Shown piece after piece: positions 1-10,708 of a stretch of DNA of 64,000 nt. The notes beneath the pieces were generated by a model. The model saw nothing but the letters and a program-made list of their open reading frames with translations, had not been told where the DNA came from and did no database searches. The stretch lies in NCBI RefSeq assembly GCF_003334255.1, contig NZ_QOWU01000014.1; one strand, given 5' to 3'. Numbering within the stretch: the stretch's first letter is position 1; each line of letters opens with the position of its first letter. Both the position numbers and the translations under genes were made by a program. This DNA comes from Escherichia coli. GTDB taxonomy: Bacteria > Pseudomonadota > Gammaproteobacteria > Enterobacterales > Enterobacteriaceae.

Positions 1-1
1 T

Positions 2-670
2 TTCAATATCCTGGCGGTGTGCGTACGCGGTGGGGCGATGATGTATTACGTCACATGGATTTTGGGCACGCCGGAAGTGTTTGTCGCTTTTCTCACCACT
101 TATTGCGTGGGTAACCTGATTGGTTCCGCACTGGCAAAACCTCTGACCGACTGGAAATGTAAAGTCACTATCTTCTGGTGGACGAACGCCCTGCTGGCAG
201 TGATTAGCCTCGCGATGTTCTTTGTTCCCATGCAGGCCAGCATCACTATGTTTGTCTTCATCTTCGTGATTGGTGTGTTGCATCAACTGGTGACACCTAT
301 CCAGTGGGTAATGATGTCCGATACCGTCGACTACGGCGAGTGGTGCAATGGTAAACGCCTGACCGGGATCAGTTTTGCTGGCACGCTGTTTGTGCTCAAA
401 CTGGGGTTGGCCTTCGGCGGCGCTCTTATCGGCTGGATGCTGGCTTATGGCGGATATGATGCGGCAGAAAAAGCGCAGAACAGCGCCACGATTAGCATCA
501 TTATTGCGCTATTCACGATTGTTCCGGCGATCTGTTATTTGCTGAGCGCGATTATCGCTAAACGCTACTACTCACTCACGACGCACAATCTGAAAACCGT
601 TATGGAACAGCTGGCTCAGGGTAAACGCCGTTGCCAGCAACAATTCACCTCTCAAGAAGTGCAGAACTAA
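2..670 (+). CDS. yicJ: GPH-family sugar:cation symporter YicJ, C-terminal part (5' end lies outside window)
   Basis: ORF track 17..670 is an in-frame open tail reaching the window edge; hydrophobic transporter-like sequence; directly upstream of yicI as in E. coli. Confidence 0.8.
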   Translation, partial: FNILAVCVRGGAMMYYVTWILGTPEVFVAFLTTYCVGNLIGSALAKPLTDWKCKVTIFWWTNALLAVISLAMFFVPMQASITMFVFIFVIGVLHQLVTPIQWVMMSDTVDYGEWCNGKRLTGISFAGTLFVLKLGLAFGGALIGWMLAYGGYDAAEKAQNSATISIIIALFTIVPAICYLLSAIIAKRYYSLTTHNLKTVMEQLAQGKRRCQQQFTSQEVQN

Positions 671-679
671 GGAACGGCA

Positions 680-2998
680 ATGAAAATTAGCGATGGAAAC
701 TGGTTGATTCAACCTGGCCTCAATTTGATTCACCCGCTTCAGGTGTTCGAGGTTGAACAGCAGGATAATGAAATGGTGGTCTATGCTGCCCCCCGTGATG
801 TGCGTGAACGTACCTGGCAGCTTGATACGCCTTTATTTACGTTGCGCTTTTTCTCCCCACAGGAAGGTATTGTCGGTGTGCGGATTGAGCATTTTCAGGG
901 GGCGCTGAATAACGGTCCTCATTATCCGCTCAATATTTTGCAGGACGTGAAGGTCACAATCGAAAACACAGAACGTTATGCTGAGTTTAAAAGTGGCAAC
1001 TTAAGCGCGCGTGTCAGCAAAGGTGAGTTCTGGTCACTGGATTTTCTGCGCAACGGCGAACGTATTACCGGTAGTCAGGTGAAAAATAATGGCTACGTGC
1101 AGGACACGAATAATCAACGCAATTATATGTTTGAGCGGCTTGATCTTGGCGTTGGCGAAACAGTTTACGGTCTGGGAGAGCGCTTTACTGCCCTGGTGCG
1201 CAATGGCCAGACGGTAGAGACCTGGAACCGGGACGGCGGCACAAGTACTGAACAGGCGTATAAAAATATCCCGTTCTACATGACTAACCGTGGTTATGGG
1301 GTACTGGTCAATCATCCCCAGTGTGTCTCTTTTGAAGTGGGATCGGAGAAAGTCTCCAAAGTGCAGTTCAGCGTTGAGAGTGAATATCTCGAATACTTTG
1401 TTATCGACGGCCCGACGCCGAAAGCGGTACTTGATCGTTATACCCGCTTTACTGGTCGTCCGGCGCTGCCGCCCGCGTGGTCCTTCGGCCTGTGGCTAAC
1501 CACTTCATTTACCACCAACTACGACGAAGCGACGGTAAACAGCTTTATCGATGGTATGGCGGAACGCAATCTGCCGCTGCATGTTTTCCACTTTGACTGT
1601 TTCTGGATGAAAGCCTTCCAGTGGTGCGATTTTGAGTGGGACCCGCTGACTTTCCCTGACCCGGAAGGGATGATCCGCCGCCTGAAAGCGAAAGGACTGA
1701 AAATCTGCGTCTGGATTAACCCCTATATCGGTCAAAAATCCCCCGTCTTTAAAGAGTTACAAGAGAAAGGCTATTTACTCAAACGCCCGGACGGTTCGCT
1801 ATGGCAGTGGGATAAATGGCAGCCAGGTCTGGCGATTTATGACTTTACCAATCCGGATGCCTGCAAATGGTACGCCGACAAACTGAAAGGTCTGGTCGCG
1901 ATGGGCGTTGATTGCTTTAAGACCGACTTTGGCGAACGTATCCCAACTGATGTTCAGTGGTTTGACGGTTCCGATCCGCAGAAAATGCATAACCATTATG
2001 CGTACATCTACAACGAACTGGTGTGGAACGTGCTCAAGGACACCGTTGGTGAGGAAGAAGCTGTCTTGTTTGCCCGCTCGGCCTCCGTCGGTGCGCAGAA
2101 ATTCCCGGTACACTGGGGTGGCGATTGTTACGCTAACTACGAATCAATGGCGGAAAGCCTGCGCGGTGGTTTGTCTATTGGCCTTTCAGGTTTTGGCTTC
2201 TGGAGCCACGATATCGGCGGCTTTGAAAATACCGCTCCGGCGCACGTTTACAAACGCTGGTGCGCGTTTGGTTTGCTCTCCAGCCATAGCCGTTTACACG
2301 GTAGCAAATCTTATCGTGTGCCGTGGGCCTACGATGATGAGTCCTGTGATGTGGTGCGCTTCTTCACGCAACTGAAATGCCGCATGATGCCGTATCTGTA
2401 TCGTGAAGCTGCGCGTGCGAACGCGCGGGGTACGCCGATGATGCGGGCCATGATGATGGAGTTCCCGGACGATCCGGCTTGTGATTACCTTGACCGTCAA
2501 TACATGTTAGGCGACAACGTGATGGTTGCGCCGGTGTTCACTGAAGCGGGCGATGTGCAGTTCTACCTGCCGGAAGGTCGCTGGACACACCTGTGGCACA
2601 ACGATGAACTCGACGGTAGTCGCTGGCATAAACAGCAGCACGGCTTCCTGAGTCTGCCCGTTTATGTGCGTGATAACACTCTACTGGCGCTGGGCAACAA
2701 CGATCAACGTCCCGATTACGTGTGGCACGAAGGCACGGCATTCCACCTCTTTAATCTGCAAGACGGGCATGAAGCCGTCTGTGAAGTGCCCGCTGCTGAC
2801 GGATCGGTGATCTTTACTTTAAAAGCAGCACGTACTGGCAACACGATTACTGTGACTGGTGCGGGCGAGGCGAAGAACTGGACACTGTGCCTGCGCAATG
2901 TTGTGAAAGTAAATGGTCTGCAAGACGGTTCGCAGGCTGAAAGTGAGCAGGGGCTGGTGGTGAAGCCTCAAGGGAATGCGCTGACAATTACGTTGTAA
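680..2998 (+). CDS. yicI: alpha-xylosidase (GH31)
   Basis: 772 aa ORF; length and sequence match E. coli YicI; 10 nt after yicJ stop (operon). Confidence 0.93.
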
Positions 2999-3012
2999 TC
3001 TATTGATGGAAT

Positions 3013-3039
3013 GCCGGGTACGTCTGAGTCGTACCCGGC
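3013..3039. terminator. bidirectional hairpin terminator between convergent yicI and yicH
   Basis: Inverted repeat gccgggtacgtctgagtcgtacccggc. Confidence 0.6.
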
Positions 3040-3050
3040 GAGATTGATGT

Positions 3051-4760
3051 TTACCGCACCGGCTCCGTCGATGTAACTTCACCGCTGGAAACGATGCCAG
3101 CATTCATGGTTTGAGTCACTTGCTGCTTTGCGGCGTTCACGGCATGCAATTGCCCGCTAACCGTAGGTTTCAACGGGACATTGGCCTGAATATCGCCACT
3201 GGCGGTAAGCTGAATATTGCCGTCGCCAGTCAACGGTAATTCAGGCCATCCCCACTGTTGCAAAATATTCACCGGCACACCGCGTCCATTCAGGCTGATA
3301 TGTGTCTGACGTTGTGGCGTTTGTGAAACACTGGCGGTGGCTTCCAGAATGCCTTTTTCAGTAAATGCACTCAGTTCGCTGATATTCACCGTGCTGCTGT
3401 TGGCGGTCAGCGCCAGCGACGGGCGACGAACATCAACACGATTGAATGTCGCGGCGGCGGCATTCAGATTCGCCGAGCCACTCCAGACGCCCCATTTATG
3501 ATCGGTAACCAGCGTCAGGTTGGCACCGTAACCATCGAGCGCGGTGAGCTGCCACGGGAAGTCAGGGTCGATATCAATGATCAGATTGCGGCTGGCGCTA
3601 AATCTCTTCAGTTGCAGGCTGTTTAACCAACCGGGTGTCGTTTCCATCCACAACTGTTGCCAGTTTTTCGGCAAGGTATATTCCAGCCCGGCAATTGCCG
3701 CATCATCAAGGATCAACGTTTTCCCGTCACGCAGCCAGTTCCCTGACGTTCTGACCATACCCCCTTCCCAGCGGCTGGTGAACTGGCGCAGCGCTACGCC
3801 CTGCGGGGAAAATTCCGTGTTTATAATCGGGTCAAATAAATGCAGCGAACCATAAATGAACTCGCTAGCGTTCATCGACAGTTTGCCTTCCTGTGTCTGC
3901 CAGTCATCTTTACTGAAGGTCATGTTGCGCAAGCTGAGATCGAGGTCGGTCACCGCCCAGTCCGGACCTTGCAAACGAGCATCGATCACTTCCAGGCGAC
4001 CAATCTGCAACGACGGGACAGAGCGTAATGGCGCAAAGAAGTCGGTTAGCGATTTTTCGCTTTGTAGACGTATATCCGCCATGCGCAGGTTTTCCACTTG
4101 CCAGCTGCCGTCGGCGTTACGCTGCGCGTTTCCGGTTAATGTCCCGCGGGCGATGTCGGCACCCAGGTTAGTCAGCGTAACGCGATCGTTATCAATACTG
4201 CCTTCAATCAGTACATTGGTGGCAGGAACATCATTGAGCGAAAGCGATCCGGCACTAAACTGAATCTGCGCCTTCGTACCCAGCACTTTACCGGCTTTTG
4301 GTGACCACGGAACTACGCCGCCATTTACCCGCTGCGCGCTCAGTTTCCATTCGCTATTCGGGCTATTAAACGCCATATCACGCAGTTGCAGACGATCGGC
4401 TTTGAACGGTAGCGGCGCGGTCTGGTCGGTGAGATTCAGCGTCCCGTTTTCCAGCAGGATGGTATCGACATGGCGTGGTTCGGTCAGTTGCCGACTGCTT
4501 AGCGCAATGTCGACACTTTTGGCCACCAGGGTCGCGGGCTGGCCATCACGACCAAACGTGACGTTCTCCAGCACGATATGAGATGGCGCGGAAAAACGGT
4601 GATCCATCGCCCCGAAGGCCAGATGATAGTCGCTATTCTCGGAAACCCATGCGCTGATATGTTCTGCTCCCCAGCGGGTTTGCAGAAGAAAATAGAGGCC
4701 AGCGATCGCCACTAACAGAGCGATGAGAATGTAGAGAAGCAGCTTCCCAATAAATTTCAT
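3051..4760 (-). CDS. yicH: AsmA-family outer membrane biogenesis protein YicH
   Basis: ORF 3051..4784 with N-terminal signal-anchor (MKFIGKLLLYILIALLVAIAGLYF); start trimmed to Met9. Confidence 0.85.
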   Translation of the reverse strand: MKFIGKLLLYILIALLVAIAGLYFLLQTRWGAEHISAWVSENSDYHLAFGAMDHRFSAPSHIVLENVTFGRDGQPATLVAKSVDIALSSRQLTEPRHVDTILLENGTLNLTDQTAPLPFKADRLQLRDMAFNSPNSEWKLSAQRVNGGVVPWSPKAGKVLGTKAQIQFSAGSLSLNDVPATNVLIEGSIDNDRVTLTNLGADIARGTLTGNAQRNADGSWQVENLRMADIRLQSEKSLTDFFAPLRSVPSLQIGRLEVIDARLQGPDWAVTDLDLSLRNMTFSKDDWQTQEGKLSMNASEFIYGSLHLFDPIINTEFSPQGVALRQFTSRWEGGMVRTSGNWLRDGKTLILDDAAIAGLEYTLPKNWQQLWMETTPGWLNSLQLKRFSASRNLIIDIDPDFPWQLTALDGYGANLTLVTDHKWGVWSGSANLNAAAATFNRVDVRRPSLALTANSSTVNISELSAFTEKGILEATASVSQTPQRQTHISLNGRGVPVNILQQWGWPELPLTGDGNIQLTASGDIQANVPLKPTVSGQLHAVNAAKQQVTQTMNAGIVSSGEVTSTEPVR

Positions 4761-4880
4761 GGTCTTCCATCCCGTGAAATGCACATAAGGGAGTTATGCA
4801 CGATTTACGCGCAATCCTCAAGGCGGGAATGGTTAAAGAGGTGAGACTGCGGCGGTAATTATCTTACCGCCGCCAGTGAA

Positions 4881-6272
4881 TTACTGTTTTTCTGGTGGGA
4901 AAATCAGATTCAGCACGATGGCAGTAATACCGCCCGCGGCGATCCCGGAGGAGAGCAGGTTTTTCAGCCATTCAGGGGCAAACTGCAAAATCAGCGGCTG
5001 CTGAGACACGCCCAGACCAACCGCCAGCGACAGCGCGATAATCAGAATCGCCCGACGGTTCAGCGGCTCACGAGAAACGATACGCACACCGGAGGCGGCG
5101 ATGGTGCCAAACATTACAAGCGTTGCGCCGCCCAGAACCGGTTCTGGAATGTGTTGTACAAAACCGCTCACTGCCGGGAACAGACCCAGCACGATCAACA
5201 TCAGCGCGACGACAAAACCGACATAGCGGCTGGCAACACCAGTCAACTGGATCACTCCGTTGTTTTGCCCGAAGCAGGAGTTCGGGAAGGTGTTAAACAC
5301 CGCCGAAACAAACGAGTTCAGGCCGTTTGCCAGCACGCCGCCTTTCAGGCGTTTCATGTACAGCGGACCGGACACTGGCTGTTCGGAAACGTCAGAGGTC
5401 GCCGTGATATCGCCAATGGTTTCCAGCGAAGTGATCATAAAGACCAGCATCAGCGGCAGCAGCAGACTCCATTCAATGCCAAGACCGTAATAGAGCGGCG
5501 TTGGCACCATAATCAGTTCTTGCGTCATAGGTTCGTTGCTTTCTGGCAACATGCCCATAAACCACGCCAGCGCATATCCGGCCGCCATCGCAATTACCAG
5601 TGAGGCCACGCGTAAGTAAGGGTTACGTTGACGGTTAAGCAGGATAATTAAGGCTAAGACCACGCCTGCCAGCAGCAGATTTTTCGGTGCGCCGAAGGTG
5701 TTATCGCTCATGGCTGCGTAACCGCCGCCAATGGACGTTAACCCAACCTGAATTAGCGACAGGCCGATAATCATCACCACAACGCCAGAAACCAGCGGCG
5801 TAATAATGCGGCGCGCCAGATGCAGAACGCGGGAGATCACCATCTCGGTGCAACTTGCCAGCATCAACGTGCCGAACAAAGCCGCCATCATGGTAGGAAC
5901 ATCAGCACCACCGGTTTTCAGCGCGGTACCGCCCATAATCAGCGGGGCAACAAAGTTGAAGCTGGTGCCCTGAATAGACAACAGCCCGGAGCCAACCGGA
6001 CCCCAGGCCTTAATTTGAATAATCGATGCCACACCGGAGGCAAACAGCGACATACTAATAATGTGTTGCGTGTCTTGTGCCGGTAAACCCAGCGCCTGGC
6101 AGATTAATAGCGCTGGCGTGATCACCGCAACGAACATCGCCAGCAGATGCTGACAGGCGGCAAACAGGGTTTGAGGAAGCGGCGGACGATCTTCAAGACG
6201 GTAAATCAGTTCGCTGTTTTGAGTCTGCGCAACCGGTTGCGCATTTTCTGACTCGAGGGTGGAAACAGACAT
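4881..6272 (-). CDS. xanP: xanthine permease (NCS2 family)
   Basis: 466 aa ORF, polytopic membrane protein; synteny yicH-xanP-gltS; start trimmed to Met4. Confidence 0.88.
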
Positions 6273-6551
6273 CGAAAACAATCCCGTGGTAGCAAAGCGG
6301 GCATTTTAGCTGACCGAAAGAGAAAAGCAAACGTTTGCCACATCCTCATCTAAATATTTAAATGAGATAAATGCACTTTTTTATATAACTTTTGGTATTT
6401 TTCTGCTTAAAATCCATGCCATTTGTTCATTAACAGCTGAGAATTTGACCCAGGAAAGCATAACTCGATACCCGTCATAGTTCATGAAGTTGCCACTGCG
6501 CGATGAAGTATGACGAGTATGAAAGAGTGATGCGGATACAAAGGAGTAACT

Positions 6552-7757
6552 ATGTTTCATCTCGATACTTTAGCAACGCTTGTTGCCGCAACGCTGACGT
6601 TGCTGCTCGGGCGTAAGTTGGTCCATTCCGTCTCCTTTTTGAAGAAATACACCATACCGGAACCTGTTGCGGGTGGTTTGTTGGTGGCGCTGGCGCTACT
6701 AGTACTGAAAAAAAGCATGGGCTGGGAAGTCAACTTTGATATGTCCCTGCGCGATCCGTTAATGCTGGCTTTCTTCGCCACCATTGGCCTGAACGCCAAC
6801 ATTGCCAGTTTGCGTGCCGGTGGGCGTGTGGTTGGCATCTTCTTGATTGTGGTTGTTGGTCTGTTGGTGATGCAAAATGCCATTGGCATTGGTATGGCTA
6901 GCTTGTTAGGGCTTGATCCGCTGATGGGGCTGTTGGCCGGTTCTATTACGCTTTCCGGCGGTCACGGTACGGGCGCTGCGTGGAGTAAATTGTTCATTGA
7001 ACGTTATGGCTTCACCAATGCGACGGAAGTGGCGATGGCCTGTGCAACGTTCGGTCTGGTGCTGGGCGGCTTGATTGGCGGTCCGGTGGCGCGCTATCTG
7101 GTGAAACACTCCACCACGCCGAACGGTATTCCGGATGACCAGGAAGTCCCGACGGCGTTTGAAAAGCCGGATGTGGGACGCATGATCACCTCGTTGGTGC
7201 TGATTGAAACTATCGCGCTGATTGCTATCTGCCTGACGGTGGGGAAAATTGTTGCGCAACTTTTGGCTGGCACTGCTTTTGAACTGCCGACCTTCGTCTG
7301 TGTACTGTTTGTTGGCGTGATTCTGAGCAACGGTCTGTCAATAATGGGCTTTTACCGCGTCTTTGAGCGTGCGGTATCCGTGCTGGGTAACGTAAGCTTG
7401 TCGTTGTTCCTGGCGATGGCGTTGATGGGGCTGAAACTGTGGGAGCTGGCTTCGCTGGCGCTGCCGATGCTGGCGATTCTGGTGGTACAGACCATCTTCA
7501 TGGCGTTGTATGCCATCTTCGTTACCTGGCGCATGATGGGCAAAAACTACGATGCGGCAGTGCTGGCTGCGGGTCACTGTGGTTTTGGCCTCGGTGCAAC
7601 GCCAACGGCAATCGCCAACATGCAGGCGATCACTGAACGCTTTGGCCCGTCGCACATGGCGTTTTTGGTGGTGCCGATGGTCGGTGCGTTCTTTATCGAT
7701 ATCGTCAATGCGCTGGTAATTAAGTTGTATTTGATGTTGCCGATTTTTGCCGGTTAA
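6552..7757 (+). CDS. gltS: sodium/glutamate symporter
   Basis: 401 aa ORF; sequence and length match GltS. Confidence 0.93.
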   Translation: MFHLDTLATLVAATLTLLLGRKLVHSVSFLKKYTIPEPVAGGLLVALALLVLKKSMGWEVNFDMSLRDPLMLAFFATIGLNANIASLRAGGRVVGIFLIVVVGLLVMQNAIGIGMASLLGLDPLMGLLAGSITLSGGHGTGAAWSKLFIERYGFTNATEVAMACATFGLVLGGLIGGPVARYLVKHSTTPNGIPDDQEVPTAFEKPDVGRMITSLVLIETIALIAICLTVGKIVAQLLAGTAFELPTFVCVLFVGVILSNGLSIMGFYRVFERAVSVLGNVSLSLFLAMALMGLKLWELASLALPMLAILVVQTIFMALYAIFVTWRMMGKNYDAAVLAAGHCGFGLGATPTAIANMQAITERFGPSHMAFLVVPMVGAFFIDIVNALVIKLYLMLPIFAG

Positions 7758-7765
7758 CCGATGAA

Positions 7766-7787
7766 GCGGCGGTAGAAGTGCCGCCGC
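7766..7787. terminator. hairpin terminator between convergent gltS and recG
   Basis: Inverted repeat gcggcggtagaagtgccgccgc just after gltS stop. Confidence 0.55.
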
Positions 7788-7925
7788 AACAAAGACAAAT
7801 GCCTGATACGCTTCGCTTATCAAGCCTGCGTATTGATTCATAATTTATTGAATTTGTAGGGTGATGAATCGCATCCGGCAGGAAGGTAGGGTAACCTGAA
7901 ATGGCGGTCTTCTCACTGCCGCCTT

Positions 7926-10007
7926 TTACGCATTCGAGTAACGTTCCGTCTCCGGCATCCAGCGTTCTATCAGGGCTTTTGCCTGTTGTGGGTAACGTTC
8001 GTGAATATGGCGTGCCAGGCGCTGAACTTCCGGGATCATCGCCTGATCGCGCAGTAAATCCGCCACTTTAAATTCAGCATTACCCGTCTGACGCGTGCCT
8101 AACAATTCGCCAGGGCCGCGAATCTCCAGATCTTTTTGCGCAATCACAAAACCGTCGTTACTGTCGCGCAGCACTTGCAGGCGAATTTGCGCCGTTTTAG
8201 AAAGCGGCGTTTTGTAGAGCAGCACGCAGTGAGAAGCCACCGCGCCACGACCTACGCGCCCGCGCAGCTGGTGTAACTGCGCCAGACCCAGACGCTCCGG
8301 GTTTTCGATAATCATCAGACTGGCGTTAGGCACATCAACGCCGACTTCAATAACGGTTGTGGCAACCAGCAGGTGTAGCTCACCTTGTTTAAACGACGCC
8401 ATCACCGCCTGTTTCTCGGCAGGTTTCATCCGCCCGTGTACCAGGCCAACGTTCAACTCTGGTAGCGCCAGTTTCAACTCTTCCCAGGTAGCTTCCGCCG
8501 CCTGCGCTTCCAGCAATTCCGACTCTTCAATCAACGTACAAACCCAGTATGCCTGACGACCTTCAGTTATGCAGGCGTGGTGCACGCGGTCAATGATGTC
8601 GGTACGGCGGGTATCAGGAATAGCGACCGTAGTCACTGGCGTGCGGCCTGGCGGCAGCTCATCTATCACCGAGGTATCGAGATCGGCATACGCAGTCATT
8701 GCCAGCGTGCGGGGGATCGGCGTGGCGGTCATGATCAACTGATGCGGATGGAAGCCCTGCTGCTGGCCTTTCTCCCACAATGCCAGACGCTGATGCACGC
8801 CAAAACGATGCTGTTCGTCGATAATCACCAGCGCCAGGCCGTTAAACTGCACCTGTTCCTGGAAGATGGCGTGTGTACCGACAATCATCTGCACCTGACC
8901 GCTGGCGATGGCTTCCTGCTGTGCCAGCCGTGCTTTACCTTTCTGCTTACCGGCGAGCCAGCCCACTTCGATACCGAGCGGTGCAAACCAGTTGCGGAAG
9001 TTATTGGCGTGCTGCTCGGCGAGTAATTCGGTTGGTGCCATCAATGCTACCTGTTTGCCGTGGGCAATCGCACGCAACGCGGCGAGGGCGGCGACCAGCG
9101 TTTTACCGGAACCTACATCGCCCTGCACCAGACGCATCATCGGCACATCCAGCGCCATATCGCGCTCGATCTCCGCCACTACGCGTGCCTGTGCGCCCGT
9201 TGGCTTGAACGGTAAGGCGGCGAGGAGTTTATTTTTCAGCGTGTCATTGGCGCTCAGCGGCTGGGCATGAAAACGCTGTGCTCCGGCACGTAAGGCTAAC
9301 ATGCTGAGGTTGTGCGCCAGCAGTTCTTCCAGAATCAGACGACGTTGCGCCGGATGCTGCCCGGTTTCCAGATCGCTAAGCTGTAGCGTCGGTGGCGGGC
9401 GGTGCAAAGTGCGCAACGCTTCCGGTAGCGTCATCATTCCTTGTGACAGTTCCGGCGGCAGGAGTTCTTCAATGGCGCAGGTGTCGAGCAGATCCAGCGC
9501 CTGGTCGGTTAATTTACGCAGCGTGGCCTGCTTTACGCCTTCCGTTGTTGGATAAACCGGCGTGAGCGTTTCCTGTAATTCTGGCGTGCTGAGATCGCCC
9601 TGCACGCGGTATTCCGGGTGGATCATCTCCGCACCATATTTACCGCGCTTTGCTTCGCCATAAGCCAGTACACGGCGGCCCGCCGCCAGGCTATTTTTCA
9701 TTGCCGCGCTGAAATTGAAAAAGCGCATGGTGAGGATGCCGGAACCGTCGCTGATCTGGCAGGTCATCATCCGCCGACCGCCGAAGGAGATATTGCAGTT
9801 CAGCACTTCGCCTTCCACCGTGGCATAAACGCCCGGCAGTAGTTCTCCGATGGGGTAGAGATGGGTGCGATCTTCGTAGCGCAGGGGAAGGTGTAAGAGT
9901 AGATCCTGCACGGTATGCAGGTTGATTTTCGCCAGTTTGTTACTAAGTGCTGCGCCAACGCCCGTTAGGGAACTGAGTGGGACAGCATCTAACAGGCGAC
10001 CTTTCAT
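7926..10007 (-). CDS. recG: ATP-dependent DNA helicase RecG
   Basis: ORF 7926..10040; helicase motifs (GDVGSGKT, DEQHRFG); start trimmed to Met12 giving 693 aa. Confidence 0.95.
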   Translation of the reverse strand: MKGRLLDAVPLSSLTGVGAALSNKLAKINLHTVQDLLLHLPLRYEDRTHLYPIGELLPGVYATVEGEVLNCNISFGGRRMMTCQISDGSGILTMRFFNFSAAMKNSLAAGRRVLAYGEAKRGKYGAEMIHPEYRVQGDLSTPELQETLTPVYPTTEGVKQATLRKLTDQALDLLDTCAIEELLPPELSQGMMTLPEALRTLHRPPPTLQLSDLETGQHPAQRRLILEELLAHNLSMLALRAGAQRFHAQPLSANDTLKNKLLAALPFKPTGAQARVVAEIERDMALDVPMMRLVQGDVGSGKTLVAALAALRAIAHGKQVALMAPTELLAEQHANNFRNWFAPLGIEVGWLAGKQKGKARLAQQEAIASGQVQMIVGTHAIFQEQVQFNGLALVIIDEQHRFGVHQRLALWEKGQQQGFHPHQLIMTATPIPRTLAMTAYADLDTSVIDELPPGRTPVTTVAIPDTRRTDIIDRVHHACITEGRQAYWVCTLIEESELLEAQAAEATWEELKLALPELNVGLVHGRMKPAEKQAVMASFKQGELHLLVATTVIEVGVDVPNASLMIIENPERLGLAQLHQLRGRVGRGAVASHCVLLYKTPLSKTAQIRLQVLRDSNDGFVIAQKDLEIRGPGELLGTRQTGNAEFKVADLLRDQAMIPEVQRLARHIHERYPQQAKALIERWMPETERYSNA

Positions 10008-10012
10008 GGCAC

Positions 10013-10702
10013 TTACCCTGCAGCCTGCATAGTAGCCCACCAGTCGGCATCAGCTTCGATCTCGCCTTGCTGATTGACGTGGGGATAAGGCAGGCCTTTG
10101 CGTTTTGCGACTTTCGCCAGCACCGGATAGCCGCCTTCAAACAACAGGCGTTGTTGCTCTGCTTCCGGCAACATGCTGTTTTCACGCAGGTACATGCCTG
10201 CATTTTGCCGCTGACGCTGGGCTTCGTAAAGAATGAGGGCTGAGGCAACGGAAACATTCAGCGACTGCACCATGCCGATCATCGGAATGATGATGTCCTG
10301 ATCCGCCAGGGCCAATGCTTCCTGCGTGATGCCCGTTTTCTCCTGTCCCATCAAAATGCAGGTCGGGCGAGTGTAATCAATTTCGCGGAAATCGACAGCG
10401 TTATCAGAAAGATGGGTTGCCAGAATCTGCATGCCCTGGCCTTTGAGATGAGCGACGGCATCGCCAATGGTGCGGTGTGTTTTCACCTGTACCCAGCTGT
10501 TACTACCCGCCGCTGCCGAAGCCATGGTGCGCATGCGGCTACCAGGCCAGACGGCGTGAACTTCATGTACGCCAACGGCATCTGCGGTACGAATAATCGC
10601 AGAAACGTTATGAGGTTTGTGGACCTGCTCCATGCAGACGGTCAGATCAGGCTGCCGCCTGGCGAGCATTTCGCAGATGCGTGCATAACGTGTTGGGTTC
10701 AT
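10013..10702 (-). CDS. trmH: tRNA (guanosine18-2'-O)-methyltransferase
   Basis: 229 aa SpoU-family ORF, last gene of spoT operon. Confidence 0.93.
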   Translation of the reverse strand: MNPTRYARICEMLARRQPDLTVCMEQVHKPHNVSAIIRTADAVGVHEVHAVWPGSRMRTMASAAAGSNSWVQVKTHRTIGDAVAHLKGQGMQILATHLSDNAVDFREIDYTRPTCILMGQEKTGITQEALALADQDIIIPMIGMVQSLNVSVASALILYEAQRQRQNAGMYLRENSMLPEAEQQRLLFEGGYPVLAKVAKRKGLPYPHVNQQGEIEADADWWATMQAAG

Positions 10703-10708
10703 AAAACA